This document shows, piece after piece, positions 1 to 10,131 of a stretch of 64,000 nt of DNA; the first letter of the stretch is position 1, and each line of letters opens with the position of its first letter. Location: NCBI GenBank assembly GCA_003193925.1, contig PSPG01000002.1, positions 32,001-96,000 on the forward strand, given 5' to 3'. This DNA comes from Candidatus Thalassarchaeum betae. GTDB taxonomy: Archaea > Thermoplasmatota > Poseidoniia > Poseidoniales > Thalassarchaeaceae. The notes beneath the pieces are model-generated. The model made no database searches, had not been told where the DNA came from, and saw only the letters and a list, made by a program, of their open reading frames with translations. The position numbers and the translations under genes were made by a program.

Positions 1-242
1 TCTCTGGCATGGGGACCTGGCAGGCCATGCGCGACATGTACGCCACCACGGGGACCGCGCTGCTGCTGTCAGCTGGTACGACGATCTGCGGATTCCTTGT
101 ACTGATGCTGTCCCCGATTCCGGTCATTCAGGACTTCGGCATCGTGAGCTCGATCTCGGTTCTGTTCTCGCTGATGATGGCGCTGCTAGTGCTCCCCGGC
201 CTGCTGGCCGCCGAAGTCCGCTCAGTAAACGACTACAGCTGA
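1..242 (+). CDS. MMPL/RND-family transporter, C-terminal fragment (5' truncated by window)
   Basis: TGTALLLSAGTTICGFLVLMLSPIPVIQDFG...LALLVLPGLL matches the last TM helices of MMPL/RND proteins. Confidence 0.8.
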   Translation, partial: SGMGTWQAMRDMYATTGTALLLSAGTTICGFLVLMLSPIPVIQDFGIVSSISVLFSLMMALLVLPGLLAAEVRSVNDYS

Positions 243-243
243 G

Positions 244-855
244 TCAGGCCTCTATGGCTAGGCTGACTTCGTGCATGTCCAGACCCTGCTCCCGGGCAAC
301 CAACGCGAGCGCCATCCACAGGGTCACCGGGCCCAGCGCTCTTCGCTTTCGCTGGGCCCGACGCATGACCTCCTTGTTGTCCAGACCTGACTTCTCGCCT
401 ATCATGGATATTAGGCTCGGTATGCTGCCTTCTGCCCCGTCGGGCGGCATGGAGGTCGGCTTGGGGTCGGATATCAGTGGCATGGGCTGCCGCTTGGGCA
501 GTGGCGGCTCGACTGCCGCCTCACTGGGTCCCGGGGGCTTCTGGGGCGCTTCCATCCGGAGGGGTGGTCGCTCGAAGTGGGGCGGGTCGGCCATGCTCCT
601 CGCTATGGGACGCCAGCCCAATGGCGGACGAGCGAGTTCGAGACCCGCAACTGGTGCCAATCTGCCTTCAACCTCAACGAGCCAGCCCCTCTCGCAGAGC
701 ATGCCTGTTATCAGATCGGCCTCCTCGGGCGTGAACCACTGCAGTTCCAACGACCAGATGCGTGAAAGTTCCTCGCGCGCTGCAGAATCCCGTGGGAGTC
801 CGGCCATGCTCATCTGCAGCAGGCGCCCGATCTCCTGCTCGTGGCCTTGTGACAT
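244..855 (-). CDS. DUF2240-like protein
   Basis: SLELQWFTPEEA..LCERGWL resembles DUF2240; C-terminal LWMALALVAREQGLD; start at ATG 855. Confidence 0.65.
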   Translation of the reverse strand: MSQGHEQEIGRLLQMSMAGLPRDSAAREELSRIWSLELQWFTPEEADLITGMLCERGWLVEVEGRLAPVAGLELARPPLGWRPIARSMADPPHFERPPLRMEAPQKPPGPSEAAVEPPLPKRQPMPLISDPKPTSMPPDGAEGSIPSLISMIGEKSGLDNKEVMRRAQRKRRALGPVTLWMALALVAREQGLDMHEVSLAIEA

Positions 856-971
856 CAGCCCCTCCGGAGGGGTGACTGAGTCGAGGCGCTGTTTGATGGT
901 TGCCTCTGTAATTACGCACGATATTGCATTCCATTCAAGAGAGGCGGCGCATTGCGCGGGCCGAGGCGAAG

Positions 972-2183
972 ATGGCGAGGGAATACATCGCGCGTGACCC
1001 ACGCACGGACAGACCGATCAGGAGGCAGCGATTGGATGGCCATGTTGACATCCGCGGGCTCCTCCCCAGTACCGGCCCGTGGCAGAGGATTCCGGTTCAC
1101 GAGATTCTTCCATTGGCCCGAGGAGAGTCGGATGGCTTGGAGTTGTCTAGGAGCGCCGGAGGGGGATTCGTTCGCAGGAGTGATGCGATCAAAGCACTTC
1201 ACCGGGTCTTTGAAAGCCAGGTCGATCTGGCCCATCAGACTCTGCTGGATGCCCTCGATGACGATGATTCCGAGATCAGGATAGCCTCTCTGGAGATTCT
1301 GCCGATCTTCGCGCTGAAGAAGCACGAAAATCTTCTGCACTGTCTCTCCGACCGTCTGCTCGAGGATGATCCACAGGTCATAGCGGCGGCTCGAGAGTGC
1401 TTCATCAGGGTCGCCCCGGTGTTCCCCTCGGGCTGTGAGAACATCCTTCGCAGGGAGTTGCGTGACACGAGGACGGATCATCGCGCCAATGCCTTCGAGA
1501 CCCTTCGTCGGACTGCCGAGAACTGGCCAGAGGCAGGGTGCCTTCACCTCGACGAGCTGATTCGCGAGGAGGACGTCGACCTCCGAAGGCGCGGCTCGCT
1601 CATTCTGAGGGCCATCGCCGCCAATGCAGGTGCCACTGGGTGGGACCTGATCGGATGGTCACTGGAGGACGAGGACGCCCAAGTGAGAAGGAACGCCTCC
1701 TATACCCTCACGACCCTTACCAGAACCGAGCCCAGAATAGCGACTATCTTCATCGAGTCCGCCATCATGGACGACGACGCGGGAGTGAGGAAGTCGGTCA
1801 TAAGAGCGCTGAAGAGGCTCGACATGCAAAATCCCCGGGTTACCAAGATGATTATCGATGGTGCCAGAAGCAGGGATTACACACTGCGCAAGGCGTGCAT
1901 CGACCAACTGTCGATCATGCTGAGCGGTGACACGCTGAGGGAGACGGCTGCCGAACTCCTGCGCCATGAGACCCGCCCCGACCTGTGCAAGAGGCTGACC
2001 TCGCTGGCGAAGGACGTGGAGATGGAGGGCTCCGAAGAGGAGAAGAACCGGTTCCTAGCCCCCCTGGACAAGGTGGAGCCATTGGTAGAGGAGTTCGATG
2101 CACCGCGCAGCGGTGAGGCCACTCCAGAGGGCGAACATGATAAACAGCGGTCAGGTCGGCCGCACAGCGAGGACTCAGCATGA
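972..2183 (+). CDS. HEAT-repeat protein
   Basis: Repeated LxDxDxxVRxxA motifs (DDDDSEIRIAS, EDEDAQVRRNA, DDDAGVRKSV). Confidence 0.85.
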   Translation: MAREYIARDPRTDRPIRRQRLDGHVDIRGLLPSTGPWQRIPVHEILPLARGESDGLELSRSAGGGFVRRSDAIKALHRVFESQVDLAHQTLLDALDDDDSEIRIASLEILPIFALKKHENLLHCLSDRLLEDDPQVIAAARECFIRVAPVFPSGCENILRRELRDTRTDHRANAFETLRRTAENWPEAGCLHLDELIREEDVDLRRRGSLILRAIAANAGATGWDLIGWSLEDEDAQVRRNASYTLTTLTRTEPRIATIFIESAIMDDDAGVRKSVIRALKRLDMQNPRVTKMIIDGARSRDYTLRKACIDQLSIMLSGDTLRETAAELLRHETRPDLCKRLTSLAKDVEMEGSEEEKNRFLAPLDKVEPLVEEFDAPRSGEATPEGEHDKQRSGRPHSEDSA

Positions 2184-2464
2184 GCGACGAGTTTGATGAC
2201 AAGCTGGAGTGCTTCGAGCGTCTCTGGGAAGGCGTCACACCGAAGGGAGTGAACCGCAGCAAGGGGCTGAAGTTCAGGCAGTACATGCGCCAGCACGTCC
2301 TCCAGAAGTTTCACAAGAGGAGGAAGAACCAGTTCGCATCCGCCGACAAGGGCCACTACAATCATAGTTTTTCGAGCAAGGATCAGTATCTCACGAAGGA
2401 GAACTGCCGCAAGTACTGGATGGGCGAGCTGCAGAGGGAAATCCGCGATTCGGAAACCTTCTGA
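2180..2464 (+). CDS. hypothetical protein (94 aa)
   Basis: ATGA overlap with upstream gene, host-like codon use, fills operon gap. Confidence 0.75.
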   Translation: MSDEFDDKLECFERLWEGVTPKGVNRSKGLKFRQYMRQHVLQKFHKRRKNQFASADKGHYNHSFSSKDQYLTKENCRKYWMGELQREIRDSETF

Positions 2465-2473
2465 GGCGATACT

Positions 2474-3898
2474 ATGAACGCTGCCAAGGCCGGTTTCAGC
2501 AGTTGGGACCTAGAGGCTCCGATCGCGGCTGCCATCGAGGCGCTTGGCTGGACCGAGCCGACCGAGATACAGCGAGAGGCACTCCCTCTTGCTCGACAGG
2601 GATTGAATGTCATAGGACAGGCGATAACCGGCTCGGGCAAGACAGCCGCATTCGGGATTCCGATTCTCGAGAGCTGCTCGCCCTCGGGCTCCCCCCAGGC
2701 CATCGTCCTCTGTCCGACCAGGGAGCTCGCCGTCCAGGTCGCCGAGGAGATGGATAGCCTACAAGGAGACAAGGGGCTCTCGATCCAAACCGTCTACGGG
2801 GGCACTGACCTCGAGAAGCAGGCGAAGAAACTCGACAAGGGCGCCGACATCGTCGTCGGGACCCCCGGACGGGTGATTGACATGACCAAGAGGGGGCATC
2901 TCAAGCTCGGAGGCATCAGGCTCTTCTGCCTCGACGAGGCAGACCGTATGCTCGACATGGGATTCTTCCCGGATGTCCTGTGGATCTTCGAGAAGACCCC
3001 CAACCGGGAGCAGACCATGATGTTCAGCGCCACCTTCCCCCAGGAGGTGCTCGATGCTGCTGAAGAGTTCATGGTCGACCCTGTCCACGTGATGAGCGAT
3101 GAAATGGAGGTCGAGATACCGGAGATCGAGCAGTATGCGATTCGAGTCGGGCGTGCCAACAAACTCTGGGCCCTCGGACGCATCATAGCGCACATGGGCG
3201 AGGGCGATCAGATGCTCATCTTCGCCAACACCAAGCGAATGGTGGATATCCTCTCCGAGAGACTCGGCAAGTTCGGGATTCGAGCTATCGGGCTGCACGG
3301 CGACCTGCCTCAAGGCAAGAGAGAGAGGATCCTCAACTCCTTCAAGGGTGGAGGTGAGAGCATCGTGGTCGCCACCGACGTGGCAGCCCGGGGTCTGGAC
3401 GTGGACGGCATCACGCACGTCGTGAACTATGACCTGTCGATTGACACCGAGTCATACGTCCACAGGATCGGTAGGACCGGTAGGATGGGGAGAAAGGGCG
3501 AGGCCTGGAGCTTCGTCACCCGCGAGGACGGGCGGCTCATCGAGAAGATCGCATCGACGTGGAACCTCACCATCCCCTTCGTCGATGCTCCCAGCCTGCC
3601 AGAAGGCATGGACAGAGACCCCATCGGCAGGAGAGACGACTGGGAGGAGGTCTCGGACCCATTCGGAATGGTCACCGTCAAACTCACCCTGGGCAAGTCG
3701 GACTCCACCAAGAGGGCCCTGGCAGACTGGATCGCTCGGGAGGCGCGGGTGCCTGACATCGTAATCGGGGAGATCGCTCAAGGCGAGGACGAGACGCACG
3801 TCGAGATCCACGTCGACAAGGTCGCCTACGTGATCGATGTGATCAAGGCGCGTGAGTTCAACGGTCGCTCGCTAGCGCCTTCCATCATGGGATCATAG
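2474..3898 (+). CDS. DEAD-box RNA helicase with DbpA-like C-terminal RNA-binding domain
   Basis: Q motif PTEIQ, TGSGKT, PTRELA, DEAD, SAT, HRIGRTGR. Confidence 0.97.
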   Translation: MNAAKAGFSSWDLEAPIAAAIEALGWTEPTEIQREALPLARQGLNVIGQAITGSGKTAAFGIPILESCSPSGSPQAIVLCPTRELAVQVAEEMDSLQGDKGLSIQTVYGGTDLEKQAKKLDKGADIVVGTPGRVIDMTKRGHLKLGGIRLFCLDEADRMLDMGFFPDVLWIFEKTPNREQTMMFSATFPQEVLDAAEEFMVDPVHVMSDEMEVEIPEIEQYAIRVGRANKLWALGRIIAHMGEGDQMLIFANTKRMVDILSERLGKFGIRAIGLHGDLPQGKRERILNSFKGGGESIVVATDVAARGLDVDGITHVVNYDLSIDTESYVHRIGRTGRMGRKGEAWSFVTREDGRLIEKIASTWNLTIPFVDAPSLPEGMDRDPIGRRDDWEEVSDPFGMVTVKLTLGKSDSTKRALADWIAREARVPDIVIGEIAQGEDETHVEIHVDKVAYVIDVIKAREFNGRSLAPSIMGS

Positions 3899-3906
3899 GT
3901 GGAAAT

Positions 3907-4149
3907 ATGGTCGATGTGCCAGTTACCACACTGAACCTCCTTGGATTCTTCTGCCCTGTCCCGATCCACGAGACCAGGAAGGCGGTCGAGGCATCGGAGG
4001 AGGGCTCGCTGTTCGAGGTGGTCTGCGACGACCCAGAGACCCTGCATGACATGCCAGCGCTGTGCGACAGGATCGGGATCGAGCTGCTCGCTGTGAGCGA
4101 GGAGTCGGGCGAATACACCTTCCGCATCAGGAATTCAGCGCGGACGTGA
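3907..4149 (+). CDS. TusA/SirA-family sulfurtransferase
   Basis: LLGFFCPVP (CPxP) and DDP motifs, 80 aa. Confidence 0.9.
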   Translation: MVDVPVTTLNLLGFFCPVPIHETRKAVEASEEGSLFEVVCDDPETLHDMPALCDRIGIELLAVSEESGEYTFRIRNSART

Positions 4150-4178
4150 GAGATTGTTCAAAGGGAGTGTGCTTCTCG

Positions 4179-4823
4179 ATGGGTTCCGTGGCTAGTGAGA
4201 CCGGCATCACCGAATTGGGGGGGGTTCCCGCCGATGCTCGCCTGCCGACCAACTACGGTGACTTCAGGATTCGCGTCTTCCACGAGGAGAGTACGGGATT
4301 CGACCATGTCGCGCTGACTCTGGGAGACCTGACTGGGCCCGACCCGGTTCTGGTCAGGGTCCATTCGGAATGCCTCACAGGAGATGCCTTCGGCAGCCTG
4401 AGGTGCGATTGCGGCGCCCAGCTCGATGCTGCGATGAGGCAGATACAGGATGTCGGCTGGGGCTGCCTCGTCTACTTGCGCCAAGAGGGGCGTGGAATCG
4501 GGCTGCACGCCAAGATCCAAGCTTACAACTTGCAGGACAGGGGAGCTGATACGATGGATGCGAACCTGTTGCTCGGCCATCCTGTGGATGCCAGGGACTA
4601 TCGAATCGCATCAGAGATCCTGCGTGCCTTCGAGATAGATGGGGTCTGCCTCCTGACGAACAACCCAGACAAGGTCAGACAACTCGGCCAGCATGGGATC
4701 GATGTAGTCGAGACAATGCCGTTGGTGGCAGGCGTGGGGGACGAGAACAGGGAGTACCTGGCCACCAAGATTGACAGGATGGGTCACGAGATAGGAGACG
4801 ATGACCTCGACGGCTCGCAGTGA
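4179..4823 (+). CDS. ribA: GTP cyclohydrolase II
   Basis: VRVHSECLTGD, RCDCG, QEGRGIGL, LLTNNP motifs. Confidence 0.96.
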   Translation: MGSVASETGITELGGVPADARLPTNYGDFRIRVFHEESTGFDHVALTLGDLTGPDPVLVRVHSECLTGDAFGSLRCDCGAQLDAAMRQIQDVGWGCLVYLRQEGRGIGLHAKIQAYNLQDRGADTMDANLLLGHPVDARDYRIASEILRAFEIDGVCLLTNNPDKVRQLGQHGIDVVETMPLVAGVGDENREYLATKIDRMGHEIGDDDLDGSQ

Positions 4824-4828
4824 GTCAA

Positions 4829-4904
4829 TGGGGCCGTGACCGGGACTCGAACCCGGGCCGGCGGGACCACAACCCACCGTGCTAACCGCTACACCATCAC
4901 AGCC
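4829..4904 (-). tRNA. tRNA-His(GUG), G-1 and CCA encoded
   Basis: Reverse complement G-GCTGTGA...GTGGG-TTGTGGT-CCCGC...GGTTCGAGTCC...TCACGGC-C-CCA folds as a cloverleaf. Confidence 0.95.
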
Positions 4905-5012
4905 GTATGTGAAACGGGGGGGGGAAGGCCTGTTTATCAACCGTTAGCGTGATTCACACGGACGCACCGAAGACCAACGGATTGAAGCCATGCACTCCGC
5001 CATTGCCGGGAC

Positions 5013-7391
5013 ATGAGGACTCGTTCAGGTGTGGCGATTATCCTCCTGTTCCTTGTCTCCATGGCACCGGTGGTGCCATTTGCCGCCGCTGACACCGTCA
5101 TCGGCGCCGAAGGGGTCGAACTCCTCGAAGCGGGAGATTTCTCGGACGCCGAGCAGTGGGAGGTGTCCGCCACCGCCGGATTCTCCAGCGAGCAGGCCGA
5201 GCATTCGGGGGGGATGGTCGCCGACGGTGAGCTGTCCTTCACCCACGACAGGCCGGACAACTTCGCGCAACTGACCTCCTGGGCCACATACAGCCCGACT
5301 TCGTCGAACGCCACCCTAGGCCAGCCGGACTCGTACTACACCTGGTCCAAAGGCCCGAACATCACTATGAACGGGTACGACTTCGCGGGACTGCACGGCA
5401 TGCAGATCGCGAACGTCTCCATGGTCCTGCACTTCTCCATCCCCGATGAGCTCTACCAGGACTCGGTGAGGGTCATCCTGCAGAATCACGGCTCCGACAA
5501 GCTGGTGGTGACCTTCGCGAGGACCTTCGGCCCGATTCACAGGATGTCCAATCCCCTCGTTCTGCCGCTGGAAGAAATTATTCAGATGGACTGGGGTTCT
5601 CTCGAGGGCACCCAGTTCACAGTCGACTACGTCTCTCAGGGGACGAGTGACGACTCCGAGATCAGAGTAGATGCGGTCGGGCTGCGGGTCAAGTACCACC
5701 AGCCCTGGTACTCCTTCGAGACCACCAAGGCCATTCACACCGTCACCGGGGTTGATTCGCCGGTGATTGACCACGATCCCTATGACGGGGAGATCGTGGG
5801 GCTGTCACAGGAGAACTGCGGGCTCACCCCCGACGGGCCCGGAATGGGGTACTGGACCTTCGACGTCGAGGTTCCCCCACTGCAGCAATTGGGGCGAATA
5901 CATGTCTATGGGACCGGGAATCACACAATCTGGGCTCTGCCTGACGGAGTCGACGGAGACTACAGCGAGAAGCAATCGGGGGAACTGCTAGATAACCCCG
6001 ATTCCACCCAGCAAATCCGCATCGACATCGAGGACGGATGCATCTCCCTAGCGAGAGTGGATGTCAACGACCCGCACCTCGTGGTCCATGGGGTCGTTTC
6101 AGGGGAGCTCGGAGGCCTAGCCGGCACGAGTTACATTCGATTCGCCATCGGCAGCGATTTAATCGCCAGCATACCGATGGAGGGCGGCGCCTTCGTTATT
6201 GATGTCCCTGTGGGTTACGCTCTGCCTGAACAGTGGGGGGAGATGGTCGCCGGGGTCGCTGCGAGGTTCCAATGGTCCTCGAACGGGACCGCCGAGACCA
6301 CCGTGGTGCACATCCACTCGATCTCCATCACTGGTGGCTACGATGTCGAGTGGGACCTCGACCCTGAGTGCATGCCGCTAGAGGACATGTCATTCGACGA
6401 GGATGACGCGGGTGTACACATCCCGATGGACGTCAGGTGCAGCGACGACATCACCGCACCTGAAGACCTAGCACTGAGCGCAGTCAGCGGAGACCCGACT
6501 GTCATCGAGGCGACCATCGTCGACCAGTATGTCAGGATCCAACCAGTCAGGGACGCTTGGGGCGAGACTACTGTCGAGGTCAAAGTCGAGGACGAACGCG
6601 GCAACATCTGGACGGGTGAGATGAGCATCACGGTGAACCCGATTGAGGACCCTCCGGTCCTCGAGGGGCTCCCCCTCACAGTTTACATCGAGTTGGGCGA
6701 GACGATGGTCGTCGACATCACCGTGAAAGATTCCGACACCCAGTCTCTAACCCTCTCGGCCAGCCGCTCCTGGGCTACTTTCGATGCCGCTGACGATCTG
6801 GTCCTGACTCCGGTTATGGACGGCACCCACATGGTCGAAATCAGTGTCAGCGACGGAACCAACCACATCTCCCAGGTGGTCGAGGTCATCGTGACGGCAA
6901 AACCCGACCTCTTGATCGATTCTATCGACGTGAGGCGGGACGGACTGACCGTTTCGGAGCTGGTACACGGGGATGTCATCGAGATCTACGCCTATGTCAG
7001 GAACGAGGGGCGAGGAGTAGCCGATGCCGTATACGTCAAGTGCACGGTCGGGGGAATCCTGGTCGGTGCTGTCATGGTCGATTCCATAGCACCTGGCGGA
7101 TTAGGCGTAGCAGTCTGCGATGCGCAGGTCTCAGGGCCCGACGATGCCTTGGCCATCGAGGTCATGGCTGACGGCACCGCATCGATAGACGAGACCTCCG
7201 AGAGCAACAACGTCCGCTCGATCACAATGATAGTGAACGAGAGGAAGACCGATTCAGGCAGTGGCCTGATGGACTCTATTGATCGGGGTCCCGCAATCGT
7301 CTTCCTCGCCATAGGGGTCAGCCTGATCGCCCTCACAGCGCTGTATTTCAGCCCCGGCAAGGTGCGCAAATCGTACGAACGCGAAAAGTAG
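5013..7391 (+). CDS. secreted, membrane-anchored surface protein with cadherin-like Ig repeats and CARDB domain
   Basis: Signal peptide; FDED...ITVNPIEDPP cadherin-like motifs; KPDL...VRNEG...IDETSESNN CARDB; C-terminal TM plus basic tail. Confidence 0.85.
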   Translation: MRTRSGVAIILLFLVSMAPVVPFAAADTVIGAEGVELLEAGDFSDAEQWEVSATAGFSSEQAEHSGGMVADGELSFTHDRPDNFAQLTSWATYSPTSSNATLGQPDSYYTWSKGPNITMNGYDFAGLHGMQIANVSMVLHFSIPDELYQDSVRVILQNHGSDKLVVTFARTFGPIHRMSNPLVLPLEEIIQMDWGSLEGTQFTVDYVSQGTSDDSEIRVDAVGLRVKYHQPWYSFETTKAIHTVTGVDSPVIDHDPYDGEIVGLSQENCGLTPDGPGMGYWTFDVEVPPLQQLGRIHVYGTGNHTIWALPDGVDGDYSEKQSGELLDNPDSTQQIRIDIEDGCISLARVDVNDPHLVVHGVVSGELGGLAGTSYIRFAIGSDLIASIPMEGGAFVIDVPVGYALPEQWGEMVAGVAARFQWSSNGTAETTVVHIHSISITGGYDVEWDLDPECMPLEDMSFDEDDAGVHIPMDVRCSDDITAPEDLALSAVSGDPTVIEATIVDQYVRIQPVRDAWGETTVEVKVEDERGNIWTGEMSITVNPIEDPPVLEGLPLTVYIELGETMVVDITVKDSDTQSLTLSASRSWATFDAADDLVLTPVMDGTHMVEISVSDGTNHISQVVEVIVTAKPDLLIDSIDVRRDGLTVSELVHGDVIEIYAYVRNEGRGVADAVYVKCTVGGILVGAVMVDSIAPGGLGVAVCDAQVSGPDDALAIEVMADGTASIDETSESNNVRSITMIVNERKTDSGSGLMDSIDRGPAIVFLAIGVSLIALTALYFSPGKVRKSYEREK

Positions 7392-7538
7392 CCCAGTAGC
7401 CCGGTTTTCCCTGTTGTCGACCCCCTCTCAGGCTGATAATCAGTCATTTTCAGGGAATAGTTATACCTATCGCAAACCCGAAAAGTCACGCCGCGCGAGG
7501 GTGCCTCAGGGTGTTTGGGCCGGTGGTGTGTGATTGAA

Positions 7539-7604
7539 ATGATGAAACTGAAGATTCGTCTGGAGACAGAAGAGTGGATCTACGAAGAGCATGAGATGGC
7601 CTGA
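7539..7604 (+). CDS. putative 21-aa small protein MMKLKIRLETEEWIYEEHEMA
   Basis: GGTGGTG RBS-like motif and upstream GTTATA box in a 217-bp gap between convergent genes. Confidence 0.4.
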   Translation: MMKLKIRLETEEWIYEEHEMA

Positions 7605-7608
7605 GCCC

Positions 7609-8586
7609 TCATTCCCTGGACCAACTCTGAGGATACGTCCCCGTCTCCATCATCACTGCGCGAGCAACAGCTACTTCTCCGGACTTCATTTCAGGCAGGG
7701 AGTCGGTGTCCACGGTCATCCTCGCCACAGAGACCGCTTCTCCCTTGATGCTCTGTAGCAGCACCGTAGCACCTTCAGGAACGCCTCTCGGCGCACGGAC
7801 GACGCCTGGCCTTGCCAGAGGGGCCCCGTGGGAAAGAGCGGCGGCGGCGCCGTCCTTCACGGTAATGGCCGGAAGGCCGGAGAGTAGGGTCTCGACTGGG
7901 GCTATCAGCTTGATCAGGGCGCTGTCGTCACCGTGCTCCCTAGACAAGAACGAAGCATCGGCGAGTTGCTGCATGCTGCATGACATGCTCTGGTCGAAGT
8001 TGCCTGTCCGGTCCCTGTGGAGCTCGGTCAGTTCGCATCTCGTACCCAGCAGCAAGCCAATGTCCTTGGCGAGTGTCCTGACGTAGGTCCCGGCGCTGCA
8101 GGACAACTCGAAAGCCGCGATTCGCGAGTCGGGGTCGGTATCCAACAGCATCAGCGAGTGTATCGTCCTCGTTCGGACCTGTATCTTGACTGCAGACTCC
8201 AATGGCGGGACGTTGTATATCACCCCCGTCAGCTCCGAGAAGATGGCCTCGATCTCAGTCTCCTCCACAGCACGGCCGAAGCGCAGGACACCGACGTACC
8301 TCTTGTCGACCTTGAGGGCCATTTCTGTGAGCTTGGTCGCCTTCCCGCAAAGCAAGGTCAGCAGGCCTGTGGCGAAGGGATCCAGCGTCCCACCGTGTCC
8401 TAATCTGCTGATTCCGAGCAACTCACGGGCCCATGCAGCCAGTTGGTGGCTCGTCGGGCCCCGTGGCTTTTCGACGAGAACTATCCCAGCCGCCAGGAGC
8501 TGCTCCAGCGAGCGTTCGCTGGGATTCGAACCGAAGTTGGGATTAGTTGATGCGGTTGCCAGCTCCCAGTAACCCCCCTCGCCCAT
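7609..8586 (-). CDS. cbf5: H/ACA RNA-guided pseudouridine synthase Cbf5
   Basis: KPRGPTSH, GHGGTLDP, GTYVRTL, C-terminal PUA domain. Confidence 0.95.
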   Translation of the reverse strand: MGEGGYWELATASTNPNFGSNPSERSLEQLLAAGIVLVEKPRGPTSHQLAAWARELLGISRLGHGGTLDPFATGLLTLLCGKATKLTEMALKVDKRYVGVLRFGRAVEETEIEAIFSELTGVIYNVPPLESAVKIQVRTRTIHSLMLLDTDPDSRIAAFELSCSAGTYVRTLAKDIGLLLGTRCELTELHRDRTGNFDQSMSCSMQQLADASFLSREHGDDSALIKLIAPVETLLSGLPAITVKDGAAAALSHGAPLARPGVVRAPRGVPEGATVLLQSIKGEAVSVARMTVDTDSLPEMKSGEVAVARAVMMETGTYPQSWSRE

Positions 8587-8595
8587 CGGATCACA

Positions 8596-9129
8596 TCAGT
8601 CAACCAGTTCGGAACTCACCATGCGGAACACCTCGTCGGCATCCAACTCGTCGGCGTCAACCACCAGTGAATAGGGGGCCATGTCATTGAGGTCGATGTC
8701 GTACAGCACGCAGTACCTAGCCATGTCATCCCTCTGCCTCTGCTGAGACAGGGCTAGACAGGTCCCGTAGTCGCCGCCCTCGCGGTTCTGGATCCGGCTC
8801 GCTCTCTCCTCGTCGGATACCGCGACCCAGACCCTGAGGCATTCCAAGCCGAGTTCATGAGCCCACCAGCCGCATAGCCTGCTCTCCACGACCTCAGGAC
8901 CGTCAAGGTCGGTCAGCACCTGTTTCAAGAGCGTGTCCAGAGAGCGGTCGACGTCAAGGTCCTGCTTGCACAGAGCGCTGAACCCCTCGACAGAGAGGCC
9001 TCGCCGTGAGGCCTCCTCCCTGAAGACGTCGCCACCGTTGATCGAGGACCACCCCCGCTCGTCGCACAACTTGCTGACTAGGGTCGAGGTGCCGCTGCCG
9101 GGTGGTCCGCTGACTGTCAGTCTGAGCAT
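8596..9129 (-). CDS. cmk: archaeal cytidylate kinase
   Basis: SGPPGSGTST P-loop, GDVFRE, ESRL; canonical position before cbf5. Confidence 0.9.
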   Translation of the reverse strand: MLRLTVSGPPGSGTSTLVSKLCDERGWSSINGGDVFREEASRRGLSVEGFSALCKQDLDVDRSLDTLLKQVLTDLDGPEVVESRLCGWWAHELGLECLRVWVAVSDEERASRIQNREGGDYGTCLALSQQRQRDDMARYCVLYDIDLNDMAPYSLVVDADELDADEVFRMVSSELVD

Positions 9130-9132
9130 AGG

Positions 9133-10062
9133 TCACCTCCATTCATCCCGGCACACTTCGCACCTCAGCCTGCCCTTTGAGGTCCTTGAGACCATGTTCG
9201 AGTCGCAGGACGGGCAAGTGGTTCCCGACTTGGGAGGCGCTGAATGCACGTTGCCGCCTCTCCTCCTCGCTGCTGCGGCGGCTTGGCCCCCCGTCTTGCG
9301 CGGTCCAGCCCTCCTGCGCTGGGCTCTGCGGACCCTCACGTCGTCGCTCGACTTGGCCTTCTCCTCCTCTAGCAGATACAGGAGAGGCTCGGGGATCGGG
9401 TCTCCGGCGACGACGAGCGGATGGCTCCGGTAGCGGAAGAGCTTGATGTGCCGGTCGATGATTCGTCCCAAAGGCGCGCTCATCGTGATGTAGGTGGCAA
9501 TCCAAGCGGGGAATATCCACATCACCCTGTCGTTGAACTCCCACATCGGCACCCAAGGCAGGCTGACGAAGGCCACTCTGAAGGTCTCCACCTCACTGGC
9601 CATCCAACTGAAGATTGCGATGATGAAGACCATCGTGAACATCATCGGCCTCATCATCGCTGACTGCATGGCCATCTGCTCGGGCATCAGTTCCATCTGC
9701 AGCTTCTGCATCTTGTCCGCCCGGGCTGTGTCACGGGCCATCTGGGCCTCTCTGAGTTGCTTACTGACCTGGCGTTGGCGGTGACTGAAATGAGCCTGTC
9801 TCAAGGGGTCCATGAAGAAGGACCGGATGATAGTGTTCACAACCATGATGCTGGAGCCGACGATGAACACCGTCGGAACGAAGTACAACGAGTGGAACGG
9901 GAGCAGGGGTATGAGGACGTAACCCGCCCCGTCGGCCAATGCTATCCGAAGGCTTGGGTTGAGCATCAGCACCACCATCATCACCAGGAGGAAGAGCATT
10001 GGAAGCATCATCGAGGACATGGCCTCGGCCTGCGAGTCGCTGCTGGTGCCCGCTGATGCCAT
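9133..10062 (-). CDS. DUF106 / EMC3-TMCO1 (Oxa1 superfamily) membrane protein with C-terminal Zn ribbon
   Basis: TM, Met/Gln-rich coiled coil, RPMMFTM, WIATY; CPSC...CEVC tail; next to cmk. Confidence 0.85.
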   Translation of the reverse strand: MASAGTSSDSQAEAMSSMMLPMLFLLVMMVVLMLNPSLRIALADGAGYVLIPLLPFHSLYFVPTVFIVGSSIMVVNTIIRSFFMDPLRQAHFSHRQRQVSKQLREAQMARDTARADKMQKLQMELMPEQMAMQSAMMRPMMFTMVFIIAIFSWMASEVETFRVAFVSLPWVPMWEFNDRVMWIFPAWIATYITMSAPLGRIIDRHIKLFRYRSHPLVVAGDPIPEPLLYLLEEEKAKSSDDVRVRRAQRRRAGPRKTGGQAAAAARRRGGNVHSAPPKSGTTCPSCDSNMVSRTSKGRLRCEVCRDEWR

Positions 10063-10131
10063 GTACCCTCGCTCCGCCAGAACAGGATGAACGCTTCGGT
10101 GGACGCCAAAGGCGTCCAATCGGTTCCGCAA

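Noticed and set aside
4916-4924. Poly-G tract upstream of tRNA-His
   Set aside because: Short spacer between the promoter and the tRNA; no evidence for phase variation
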